Shown piece after piece: positions 24,454 through 36,399 of a stretch of 64,000 bases of DNA (its first letter is position 1; the number at the start of each line of letters is the position of its first letter). The DNA comes from Vitrella brassicaformis CCMP3155 (lineage: Eukaryota > Protista > Chromerida): contig CDMY01000138.1 of assembly GCA_001179505.1 (NCBI GenBank), positions 1 through 64,000 of the forward strand, in the 5' to 3' direction. Below the pieces are notes generated by a model that was not told the DNA's origin, did no database searches, and worked only from the letters and a program-made list of their open reading frames with translations. The position numbers were made by a program, and so were the translations under genes.

Positions 24454-26591
24454 CTACAGGCCTTTTCTTCGATGCAGACGGCGCCACTGGTTGACAAAAA
24501 GGAAAAGAATATTGGCCGCCGAGAGCACGATCGCCGCCAGACTGATCTCAGGCACGTGATGCGCCCAGATACCCTCACCGCTGTCAGCGAGAAACACCGT
24601 CAGAAGCTGATTGACCCACACAACCATCCCAGGGCACACTGAGGTGGATTCAATAGGTACGCGCTATGCCACCATCTGACCTGAATGGCGAGCATCGGGC
24701 CTGTGCCGACAAGGGAGAAAGGCTCCGCCCTCTGAAGGCGTCACATGAGACAACGTGGTGTCCATGACATGTTGCAGTGTGGTCGATGTCAGTGTGCTTC
24801 TTGTGTTGGTGGTGTCGCTGGGTACCTCAAAGTCATCACTTGGCAGTGGGATGGCGAAGAAGGGCAGGCTCCACAGGTGAGACCAGCAAAGATTCAGGAC
24901 ACTAATGATCACACCCACAGTCAGCACACGCATACACACAGTGGTATCTCTCTTCCTTGGTGCTCGGCACACCTGATGCTGAAGAATGAACCTGCAATGA
25001 CAGACAAGGAGGCACATACCATCAGCGTGAAACTCGCCAACGAATCCCCCCCGCCCCGTCCTGCCCTGCCTCGACTTCCGTCCTTGTCTCCTTTTTTCTC
25101 TCTGAGTGGCTGGCTCACCGAAGAGCACGAAGACCAGACCATATCCCTGACCGCCGTAGGGGCCCATCCCCTCCACCGACAAACTCTGCAGGTGGTGCTC
25201 GAAGTGGGTCTCTGGCACGCTGGACTTGCCGAGGCTCCCCGCCGCGCTCATGCTGGTGGTCGGGACGTTGGTGGTTGGCGTGGAAGGCGGGATGTTGTCG
25301 TTGCTTGACAGCTTGAATGAATCAGCGTTGCTGGGCAGCGACGACAACATCCTGCCGGCCTTGTCGGTCTTGCTCGGGGTGTCGGGGACGGAGAGCATGA
25401 CGGGGGCTGTCGTCATCTGCTTCGGGGGCTGAGGAAGGACGGCCATCCTGTCCCCTTGCTGCTCAGCTCGGGAAAAGTCGCCGTCCTCTGCTATCGGTGC
25501 TGGTCTGCCCTCCTGCTGATCCTGCGCGGGGGTGACGCCAGAGGGCCAGACGGTGTCATCCGACAGCATGCTCATGGCGAAAGATGGACAGTATGACAGG
25601 TAGCTGGCGTTGCTCCGGCCGCTCTCAGTGGCCACTGGGATTGCAGAGTGCTCCGGGCCGTGGGCAACCATATATTCCGCGTCACGAGATGGGAATTCGA
25701 GCAGCTCCTCCACTGGGATGGTAGTCACGGACCCACTGCTATTGCAGGGATCATCAGGCCCCAGGGGAAAAGCAGTGCCGTGGAACGTCACCGAGCGACG
25801 GGGCTTGTTGTCCACGATTGCCGTGTCAAAACTCGACATCTCTTTCAGGGCCGATCGACGCGAGGGGGCTGGGCGTTGAAGAAAGAAACTGCGGTAGAAG
25901 GGGTCAGCTTTCACCTGAAGGTGTGGGGAGCACGCCAGTGAGAGGGCAAAGTGATCGGTATGCCTGACTCGTAACCTCACCCATTGAATGTTCCTCCACA
26001 CCATAAAGCACTGGACACAGCAAGAAATCAACACAGGACGTCACAAAACACGGACACAATCGTTGCAGAGGATAGATACCTCATTGAACACAATCATGAG
26101 AAGCAGGTGTGCAACTCCACACCAAAAAAGAAGGCCGGTGTCGCTGCCAGCGAAGAGAAAGCCGACAAACACCACGTGCACCAAGGCACCCAGTGCGGCC
26201 AACACGGCCGCCATCACGCGCCTGGTACAAAGGATGACACACACATACAAAAGATGACAGCTCGGATCGGCCCCTTCGGCTTCGTCTTTTTGTACCATAT
26301 AACTGTCGTCCCGTTTCGCTTGCGGCTTTGGTACGCGGCCGCGGCGGTGAATAAAACGGCCAGCACCACGATGAACAGCGCAATGAAGGGCGAGGCCGAG
26401 ATGTCAAAGGGGCACGGCTTGCCGTATGCCTGCGCTGTGTTTGGGACGCTCAAGACCAGGAGCGACAGAGACGTGAACCTACAGCATGACAAGAAATCAG
26501 ACACATGCAACCGAACATGCAGGGGTGTCGTCTCACCGAGAGCGGTAGTGGTCGAGGTCGCAGCGAAAGCCCTGGGGTCATTCATGTACAC
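24454..26591 (-). CDS. Hypothetical multi-pass membrane protein with a large Ser/Pro-rich loop
   Basis: Hydrophobic exons (FIALFIVVLAVLFTAAAAY; VMAAVLAALGALVHVVFVGFLF; ISLAAIVLSAANILFLFV) flank a long open frame at 24664-26034. Exon structure only partly resolved. Confidence 0.5.
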
Positions 26592-27570
26592 ATGTTGGGT
26601 GGAAATCCGATCGTGAGGGTACCTGCTCGATCAGATCCTCAGGGCAGTAGCGGGGACCAGATATAGCAATGGGCTGCACATTGCATGATGTCAGACTTGA
26701 AAATAAATGGATTGGCGGCATCCTGTGGGTGCGTGCACGCGGCTTACCTCGACCTGGTCCAATACCCACTTGGTCACGTTGGCATGCAGAACACATCTTC
26801 GGGGTAAAGCGACAAATGCCTCACAGTCTGGATTTCTCAAGCACTGGCAGGAGAGAGGGAGAGAGAAGTGAAAGGAAAAGGCGTCGGGAATCGATGGACA
26901 TGTAGACATGGCTTACGTGTCTGCAGGAAGGAACAGAAGCGAGAAGCAAGAAGAGTTCAAACTTAGTGCGAAAGCGTTGCGCGCCTACCCATGGCACTCC
27001 TCGACAGATGAAGCGCTGCATCATCGATGGACACGGACAGAAGACGCATCCTAAGCCATTACGCGCTCATGAATATCTCTGCCGTTCGCCACTTACAAGG
27101 GCAAGTCGCGCACAATTGCCGAAGCATTCGGAGATGGCTCAACGCCAATCGTGTAACTGTTACAAACCCAGGCAAAAAGAGTTGAATGCTTCTCCACAAG
27201 ACGATAATGCACTCACCACCCGCAATGCGCTGGGGGATCTCGAAGCTCGCTCGACCTTATTGCGTAGGGTTTTGTCACTTGCAGCGATGGCGGCAGCCCT
27301 GTGCCACACAGAACTCAGAGCGTCATTGACAGTTTCGGTCAAATATTCGATTCCCCACTTGCCTAGGTCGCCTCTGTGAAAGTTCCTCTCCTCTTTACTT
27401 CCTCTCCTCCCAAACGCTGTCAACGAGACGCCAAGAGTAATACAATGCGGGAGCGCACGACTCTTGTTGGTGCGGTGCCGAATCTGTGTGTGGAACTTAC
27501 CACGCGCCTCTGGGTCAGTCGGGAGACCTGAGATTAAGCCAGCCATGACGGATGGACGGATGGATCACAG

Positions 27571-29087
27571 TCATGCTCGAGTGCTCTGACCATAATATAG
27601 ACGGGGATCAGCGGGCTCCATGTTGTGGCCGTCCTCGTGAAAAGGCGGCAAGTAAGGCTGCGGGACAGTAGCGTTGCCAGCCCCACAATCTCTGTCCTCT
27701 ATGTTGCCCGCTATTGCTCCAGGAAAGCACACTCGGGCTCTGTCAGTGTTGCGAAGGAAACACGCTGACAAACATGACAGCAGAGAAAATCGGCGAGCGG
27801 GATTTTCCCTTTTCTCTCGTGTCCTCTCGATTACCGCCTTCGACGATTTTCCCGTCGCGCGGCCATCTCTCGTACCAACTGAACTGAGTGCATATGGGCT
27901 GACCAAACGTACGCAGAATGCCCATGCAAATGTCATCTTTTGGCATCTTTCCCGTTTCCCTCGTACTGCTTGATGACATCGTTCGTGACATTCTGCGACA
28001 ACGACCATCCACAGACAGAGCCGAAGGACATCGGTGGCTCTAGTGTTCATCTTGTGCGTGGCCTTACCTTCGTAGGAGAGGACACTGCCCTGCTCGAATC
28101 CTGACCTGTGTGAGTGAGTCAGTGAGCGAGTGAGTGAGTGAGAGAGAGCACACCAGCAGTGAGGCCAGTGGGTCTCTCATGCGCCATACCGGTCTCCTTG
28201 GTACCAAAGAGTTGCCACATTCCTCTCGAAACAACCAGAGGGAACGCCACCTCCAGGACAACAATATACAAAGACAGAAAACATAGTCGATACGCAAGAA
28301 CGATCAATACGTCAATTCTGCTTGCGTGCCCGCCTCACCCACCTCTGTCGCAATCCAGAGACTGCTTTGCTCCACTGATGACGACAAACACACACATACA
28401 ACTCTCTTTACTGGCGTCCATTGATCAGCCGATGCACGCCTCTTCCACCTGACGATTATCTTGCCCGCGGTGTCGACGCCCGACTCAACTTCTCGCTTGG
28501 GCCGCCTCCCCTCGTCGCTGCTCTTCATGAGGCAGCCTCGTGGCGACCCCTCTTGGATCCACGTCCAAGCGTTGCAACGAGTATCATGGATACACGCGCG
28601 CGCACAGTCATAGGGTCTTGATACCATATGGGGCTGGCGGTATCAACAAGACAAGCTATGAAGCAAGCTATTCGTCGAACAGCCTCTTGTTGAGTGTGTG
28701 CTCTCTCACCTGTCCCATGAGCATCTCAATGTCGTGACCTTCGTACCTGCGAGCAACACAGATGTAGGGTCATACTGTCGGCCCTTCATTTGTCAGTCGC
28801 CTGTGAACAGGACTTACACAACGTCCCACTGCAACACACACAGACCCACAGCAATCAGATGTCTGGGAGCCACTTCTCACTCTCACCTCGTAGCAGGAGA
28901 AACCTCCAGGCAAAGCATCCCTGACCCAACAAAAGCAAAATTCCACACACATCAAGGTGCATGTGTGTTTCAATTCCCACCTGTCGGCTTCATGTGGAAG
29001 CAGCGCACGAATTTCTTTCGGAACGCTGACGGTATCTGCATGAACGGCCGTGATGCAAGCGGCGAGGGCCACAGCAAGGAACTGCAT
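27571..29087 (-). CDS. Secreted PAN/Apple-domain protein
   Basis: Signal peptide MQFLAVALAACITAVHA. The spliced Apple module reads CYE|WDVV|YEGHDIEMLMGQ|..PYDCARACIHDTRCNAWTW..GCLMKS..ESG. A possible second module follows (CFERNV..ICMGI..PICTQFSW). The 3' exons are uncertain. Confidence 0.65.
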
Positions 29088-29607
29088 CACTCTCCCCCTC
29101 TCCAAGAAGTCGCCGAAACCCCACACAGCTGTGACGCCTCTGGTCATCAGATGTTCAGAGGCGTGCTGATCTTCAGATCTGCACACACAGGTGTTCAGAT
29201 CAGAACACACAAGAGCACAGCAGTGCATCCTCTCGAATCTCTCTTACCCCCATCTCATCCGTGCCTCAGACGGTTGAAAACGTTCTACGCTCTCATCCCT
29301 AGCCCAGGACTGCCTAGCTCGCATCAGCCCAGGACTGCCTAGCTCGCATCAGATCTGCGATGCAGCCGTCCTGCGATGCAAAGACAGGCGACAGGGAGAG
29401 CTCTCTTTGTCTACGTGTCTTTCGCATACATTCTGTCTACCCTCAGACTCAGACCGCTTGCCTGCTTTGGTTTTTCAAACATCTGTCGGCACTTGCAGTG
29501 CAATAGCATCTGTGCGTCACTCACTGTATTCCCCGCCTATAGTGCTTTCTCACACCGACATTACGTTGAGGGAGACTTGAGTTGTTTTCCATCCTCCTCT
29601 GACGACC

Positions 29608-30231
29608 ATGAAGATCGTGCTATGTGCGCTGACCCTCCCGCCACATCCGATGCGGTAGCAGCAGCAGCATGCCACCAACACGACAGTAGGCAACGTCCAT
29701 CACCCAGCCAGCAACAATTGAGCGATTCGGTCAGCCTGCAGCCGTCTCTGTGTGTGCGTGTTCAGGCGCTTCGCGGATCTGTGAATGCCTCGACGGACGC
29801 CATCGATATGGACCCCAGCGGTGAGAGTCTCCCAGGCAGAAGAAGCCAGCAAGACAGATTGACTCTGCAGAGACGGCGCTCACGTGTGTGCCTGCCTGCC
29901 TGCCTGCCTGCCTGCAGCTGCCGATGAGAGTGAAGCTGAGAGACGTCAGCTGCAGAACCCGTGTGGCTTTGGTGCGTGTGCCTGCGCTGGCCAACGAAAC
30001 CAATACGGCCAGGGTGGTACGTGTGCCATATGGGAGGCGGGCCTTGTGCCCCTGTTGCGACTGACGTATACGCCCTGGTGCTACGTCAGTCGCAACTGCC
30101 CCTACGCACGCAATAGCAGGGAGAGGCCTGACCTGGCCTGGCTGATGCCCTGCTGTAATGGCGGTCAAGTCATCCGAACATCCCCCACGCATACAGAGCC
30201 GAACCAGAGCGGCGGAGGTGGCCGCGTGTGA
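29608..30231 (+). CDS. Small secreted Cys-rich protein with a kringle-like PWCYV motif; apparent frameshift in the signal peptide
   Basis: MKIVLCALTL/(P)ATSDA|ALRGSVNASTDAIDMDPS|AADESEAERRQLQNPCGFGACACAGQRNQYGQGGTCAIW..PWCYVSRNCPYARNS..WLMPCC. Exon phases are consistent. Confidence 0.55.
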
Positions 30232-30986
30232 GGGCCGTCGCCGAGAGGCGGGTTGGGTTGGGCCGGGTGGTGTGCTTTCTGGATGTCTGTATTCGCCCGT
30301 GTGTTGCTTTTGCATGGTTCGCCTGTCTGATGGGCGTTGGTCGATCGAAGCTGTGTTGCTGTGTTCAAAAAGCGTTAACTGACTGGTGAATGATATAGTG
30401 TCTAAGTGTCTGGTGAATGATATATAGATTCGGGCGTAGTGCAGTGTAATGTAGCCTAGTCTTGCTGTGTCGTTCTCCCTGCTTGTGGGTGCGTGGGTGG
30501 GTATGCAATCCATCATGCAGGCGTGTATGTGCCAGTCGATCGTCTTCATACTGACAGTGCTTCGATGCATGAGTGAATCAGTGGGTGCGTTTTCACTCTG
30601 CGGCAGCCAGGTCAGATTTTATAAGATGTGTACAATTAGTGCACATGAATGTGTTGTGAGACTGTGCGTCGGTTGTGGTTCTGTGAGCGGCGTGTGATAT
30701 GCCGTGTAGGCAGACGAAGGAAAAACTGTGTACCGGGTGACTGGTCCATTGCAGCAGGTGGCTAGGTAGGCAGTAATTCGTCGATTTAATAACTTAGTAG
30801 ATGCATGAAACGGGCGACGAAGTTCGTCTAAGCATCAGTTCGTATCAAGCAAATGAAGCGAAACAATACATGCAGAAACATATGGACAGCGCTCGTTGAC
30901 TGCGAAAATAGATGTCGCACACTGCAAACAAGCGCGAGACATGCAACATGACACGCACATGTAGAACCCAGGTCCAGCCAGCCACC

Positions 30987-31253
30987 TTACAGCCCCGCAG
31001 CGGGGCTGGTGTGTGGCCTGTATGGCCCGCGGCTGACGAAGTCCTCCGAAAACGCGCTGGCCCTCCGTGGCCCTCTGGCGGCCGCCGCGCGCTGCGCACG
31101 ACTCGCCACTTGAAACGCGTTGTGCTTCATCAGCTCGACGGACAGGAGCTGGCTCCAGTGGTTGACGATGCTCTCTCGGAAAGCTGTGTCCTCCTCCATG
31201 GGAATGGATGTGGGGCGAGGCTTTCGTTCGGCGAGCATCTTGAGAAAATCCAT
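30987..31253 (-). CDS. Short hypothetical ORF
   Basis: ATG-initiated 88-aa frame of ordinary composition (MDFLKMLAERKPRPTSIPMEEDTAFRESIVNHWSQLL). No homology recognised. Confidence 0.3.
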   Translation of the reverse strand: MDFLKMLAERKPRPTSIPMEEDTAFRESIVNHWSQLLSVELMKHNAFQVASRAQRAAAARGPRRASAFSEDFVSRGPYRPHTSPAAGL

Positions 31254-31906
31254 GGTCTTGATAAATACTTGGTTGGTACACGATTTAACTGATCTGTATG
31301 GGATGGAATGTTGGGAACATTTAAAAGTGACAGTGTCACAGCGTCTGTATATGCGTTTAATACGGTTGTGGTCATGTTACGCCCATAACAAAGTATTACT
31401 CACCTGGCCGTCTGAGAATTGGCACCCAGCTGAACCCCTACGGCGACAACCTTCTCTGGCGGCGCGACCTGCTGTGCGAGGAGTGGCGGCGCACAGCAGC
31501 TGTCAGGCTGGTCAAAAGGCTGTCATTGTGCCTTCAAGACTGTCAGGCTGCATGAGAAGGCCAGCCTGTCAGAAGCAAGTTGGCTGCTTGGTCAAGAAGC
31601 TGTCTTTTTGGATGAATGATCTGTCCTTTTGCAATGGAGATGTCTGCTGGTGTCGTTGCGCAGTGCAGACTGCGCAGCTGCGTGGCCACTGGCTGCGTGG
31701 TGAAGCGAGAAGGCTGTGAGCATCAGGAACGCAAGAAATCCCGGCAGTTTTCGTGCTTAATCGAAGTTCGATTCCAGCTTTGTGCTGTTCGACAGTCCCG
31801 ATGTGCTGTTCAGCGGCCTACTGGTCCGCGGCCCGAGATTTAATCCGACTCGGGGGGATCCGATTCGGCACAGTGCCCCCAGGGGCGCCCCCATCCCCGA
31901 CGAAAA

Positions 31907-33999
31907 ATGTTCACCTCCACGGCGCCCTCTACGAAGCCTGTTTCGGCCTCGCGAAAGCGCTCACCCCTCGCGGACAGCAAGAGTACTCCCTTCCTCTCAT
32001 CCGTCACTGGCGAGCAGACTAAAGGATTGAGCCATGCAAGGACGTCGTATCACACGCTCTTCACGTCTCTGGAGGAGGAAGATTTGGATCCAGGTACTGC
32101 ATATGACGATAAGCTGCAAGATGACTTATGCCTGTGCAGGTCCAGGCAGCTATGTAATGCCAAGCTCATTCGGGAGTCAAGTACTCAGCAGCAGAAGCAA
32201 TGCTCCCTCCCCTCCCATCCTTGAGAGGTACATCTCTTAAGGTCCTGTGTGGCTTCACAGCTTTTTGATCATCAGAAATATAAATAGTTGGAGTCGAGTC
32301 ATCATTACAAGAAATCATCTTTCGGTGAGCCAGTAGATGGTTCCCTTGCAGGGCTGCGATACTGGATTGTTCTCACACTTTCAGGACTTGAGGTGCAGAG
32401 ACACGCCGGGCGCAGGTAAGAGCACGTCTGGTCTGATCAGCGGCCTTCAGATTGATACCTACAGGTAGCTACATTCCACAGTATCCAGCTGAAAAGTCGG
32501 AACGAGGCCTCATCCGATTCGGTGCCATCCATGTCTGGGAAGCCCAAACAGTAAACTCGATGGCTTTTGCGTGTTTTCATGCAGGGAAGGCGAGACGTCC
32601 GCCACTCAGCATGCCGACCGATGGGTGAGACAAAGGCCCTCCGCAAGGAACGGCGGGCATGGATCGTGCCCTGTTTCGTTTGTGGACGTCGTTTTCAGCC
32701 CCAGCAAGATGTACAATGTGTCCGCTGCGGCGCTGAAATTCCCGTGCTGGACGACATGTCGATTTGGAGCAGAGAAAAGGTGAGGGACATTTTTTCCTTG
32801 AGGGGAACCAGCTCGGTGTTCTCGTGTATATCTGTCTCTGCTTCGCTATTCAGGTTTGAGTCCCTGGCGCGCGAAAGACAAGCCAAGAGTGGGAATGTCG
32901 GACCAGGTAGCTTGCCCTTCACAGGGATCATGACGCACACGAGATACAAGCCATGTCTTTTTCTTCCCTTTCTCGTTTTCGTCCAGGCCACTATGATATT
33001 TCTAAGTCATCCTTCGAAGATCGGCTAGCCAAGTCATTTGGCGTGGGACGACAGGCTTATGAGAAGGTTGTCACACCGGGCATGGATAAGGCATTTAAGG
33101 GCTCATTCGGAGCAGGTGTGCACACGTTCCAATGCAAGAAAGCAAACACGAAGCAAACACGGCTGTAAACAATGCTGCCCTTTCAGGCCCCGGCCCTCCT
33201 ATATATATTACGCCTGATCCGAACTCTATTCGAGTGTCGTTCACCAAGGCGCCCAAGCTGCGCAGTGGCGGTTTTGATGCTTCTCCTGGCCCTGGTGCAT
33301 ACTCATCTGATATCACGGTAAGAGGAGTCTTTTCCCTCCACGGATGCCTTATGTTTGTGTTTTTGTTGTCTCCGACAGCAGTCAGTGAGTTCGCTGTACA
33401 GGTGAGTCTGCCTTGTCTCTCGAAAGCTTGAAAAACAATCTGGTCGTTGCTGGGGATAACAGGAATTCGCCTGTCTGTTCTTTTGGCCCACCGCCTTCTC
33501 GAGCACGACTCAACCTGAGAAAAATGACACAGTTTGAGAACTCGGTGGGCTGTAGAGAGCAGCATGATTGCACACGAGTGCGTGTGTGCGTGTGTATGTG
33601 TGTGTGTGTTAGGTATGGGGGTTGTCGTAGTCCAGCATACAGCTGGGGACGCAGATTTGTCTGGCTTCTTCCTGGACAGAGAGAAACTTGGCAGACTTAT
33701 TTGCATTCATCGCGTGTGATTTCAATATCTGCCTCTTCCTAGCTGCTTACCAAACAAAGAAAAAGAATTATATACAGCCTACACGGACGAGACACGCCGT
33801 CTTGTTGGTGGACCATGTAATGCAGCCGCGTCTTCGCGAGACAAAAGGCAAGCTTCCCACTGTAAGTTCCCAGGTGCACGTCAAAATTTCATGTCAGACC
33901 TGGTCCTCTCCATGCAGTGGAAATCGAAACTGTAGAGGAAGTACCCAACGCAATCACATGAGCCCCAGGGTTGCATTTGACTGGACAATTTCCGCTTAG
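31907..33999 (+). CDS. SHIPPO/STPG (PG-rich repeat, ODF3-like) flagellar protein
   Basis: Repeated PGPG-x-Y motifs across exons: DP|GPGSY, VGP|GHY, GA|GPGPPIY and SPGPGAY, with F/W-G/T linkers. The 3' end is approximate. Confidence 0.65.
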
Positions 34000-34039
34000 C
34001 CTTCTGAGTGTTTCATCACTGATTCGATTCTCACTTGCA

Positions 34040-34680
34040 AAGGCAGAAGCGCAAATCAGAACCGAGCTCGTCTGCCGCTGCTGCTGCTTCTGCTGCGGCA
34101 CCATCGCCAGAGGACACGGAGAGTGAAGGTGAGCGGTCTGACGACGGATGGGAGGCCGACCCGGTACTTTTCGCTGAGGAAGGATGACTCTCATGCGCAA
34201 TCACTCCTGTTGCCTCTTGCTACCTTGTGTTTTGCTATTTTTGTCAGGTTATTTGTGACGACAACGAGCTCTTGATAACTGCTCAGGTCTTCGCCGACGC
34301 CGTCGAGGGGATCAAAGTTGACGATACAACCATCGAACCCGAGAAGGAAGTGGGGGAGCTCTTCGACGAGTATGAGATGTACGTCGTAAGCCCAGGCGAC
34401 TACATCCCCGAGGAAGACATGCCATCCCCCACCCGTCTTCCCGGCCCCCAACAGCAGGATCCCACTCCCTCTACCCTCCCTGCGCACATTCCGGCCCCGC
34501 ACCAAGGGCAACCAGTCGATCGTGGCGTCTCGCCTGCGGGAGGTGAAGAGGCCTGCCAGTGACGCGGGCAAGGAGGAGGAAGAGGCACGACAGTCTGGAA
34601 GGTGGGAGAACCGTCGTCGGTGTCGAAAGCGTTGCCTGCTCTGCCGGACCAACTCATTTTCAACGTCATTGACGTGAGCA
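34040..34680 (+). CDS. Hypothetical protein, possibly with a ubiquitin/SUMO-like (Rad60-SLD-like) domain; continues toward the gap
   Basis: Exon VICDDNELLITAQVFADAVEGIKVDDTTIEPEKEVGELFDEYEMYVV followed by an acidic Pro-rich linker. The resemblance to SUMO-like domains is weak. Confidence 0.3.
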
Positions 34681-35007
34681 ATCCAGACGCACACAGGATC
34701 CATCCTCTCTTCTGCATGCCCTCTCCCCCTTCTGTGTTGGCTACCTGTGCAAATCTTCCAGTATGTGTGGAAGAACGAGATATGGGGGCACAAGAACCAC
34801 AAAGTGCAGGCACCGTGGCGGTTTGAGGACATGCTCTGGAACACACATACACACACACACACACACACAGAGTTTTGTGTGTGTGTGTGTCCATGGCATT
34901 GTTCGTGTGAGTGTGAATGTGTGTGCATCTGCCCGGCCTGTTTGCTTGCAGGATGGTTCCCCCGACGCTGCTTTGCTGAACTGGGAGAGGGATTTCTGCT
35001 CAGCTCT

Positions 35008-35307
35008 NNNNNNNNNNNNNNNNNNNNNNNNNNNNNNNNNNNNNNNNNNNNNNNNNNNNNNNNNNNNNNNNNNNNNNNNNNNNNNNNNNNNNNNNNNNNN
35101 NNNNNNNNNNNNNNNNNNNNNNNNNNNNNNNNNNNNNNNNNNNNNNNNNNNNNNNNNNNNNNNNNNNNNNNNNNNNNNNNNNNNNNNNNNNNNNNNNNNN
35201 NNNNNNNNNNNNNNNNNNNNNNNNNNNNNNNNNNNNNNNNNNNNNNNNNNNNNNNNNNNNNNNNNNNNNNNNNNNNNNNNNNNNNNNNNNNNNNNNNNNN
35301 NNNNNNN
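35008..35307. other. Assembly gap (300 N)
   Basis: Run of n characters. Confidence 0.99.
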
Positions 35308-36399
35308 GGGGGGGCGGGGGGATGTGTCTCTGCTGCATTGATTTGACTGACGCAGCTGGTGGAGTGGATGACCAATGGGGTCATGCTCAGCTGTAAGTAC
35401 CTGTCTGTCGTGGCCGGCCGGCCTGCGTGCGTGCGTTGTGTAGTCTCGTCTCGTCTTGTTTTCCGTGCTGTGCTCTTCTCTCCGTCGGTGTGCTGCTCTT
35501 CATGGCTGCATGGCACCACACCACACGCCACTGATTGACGTGTGTGTTATGGGTTGATGTGACCAACACACTGGTTAGTAACGTCAGTCTCTTCATGTCA
35601 TGGTACTTACCATGCACACCATGCCTCATGCACTTGACTTGATGTGCGTATGCGTTTGTTTATGGGTGCCTGCCTTTCGGACGTTCCCTCTCTTACACAC
35701 TCACTCGATCGCAGGACGCACACACACATCCATCGCTTGTCATCTGGCACCTTTCCCACCACACCCACCACACCCCCTTACTTGCGCACCGACCCTATCA
35801 GCCAGCCAGCCAGCAAGCCAGCCAGCCAGCCATGCAGGCCCATCCATCCTATTGGCATCGCATCATGCGAGTGTGTCACTACATAAACACCAACCAACCG
35901 AGAGAGACAGGTCGACTGACTCCACCACACACAGAATTGACAGCAAGCAGTGAGAGAGAAGGTTCGTTCGTATGGAGTGAGTGGAGTGGGTGGCCGAGCG
36001 GGTTGAAGATATGAGTGGGGAACGTAACGCGTAGATCAACAACACACACAGCAGCCAGCCATTCGTGTGACCGTTTTGCCCCTCCCTCCATCCATCCATC
36101 CACCCGTCGCTCCCTGCTCAGTTGCGAGCAGAGAAGGAGAGGCCAGGGGAATCTGTGCAGTCATATGCGCGTTCTCTGCCTCGATACTCCTGAATAAACC
36201 CGTGTGGATAAGAAAAGTACCTCTACGCTCTCTGTCTGTCTGTCTGTCTGCCTGTCTGATGGGCAGAAAGACAACTCGGATCAACGCAAAACGTAGGAAG
36301 TAAAAAGCAAAAATTTAGCAAGAGTGGTAGAAACAGACAGAGACAAAGAGAGAACGCCCGAAACAAAGCACCCCAAATCGGAAAGAGCGACAGAGAGTG

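Noticed and set aside
27160-27546. 128-aa minus-strand ORF in non-repetitive DNA, considered as a transposon remnant
   Set aside because: No transposase, reverse-transcriptase or integrase motif, and no terminal repeats seen.
34191-35531. ORFs spanning the N runs (also 58402-59257)
   Set aside because: Artefacts of translating assembly gaps.
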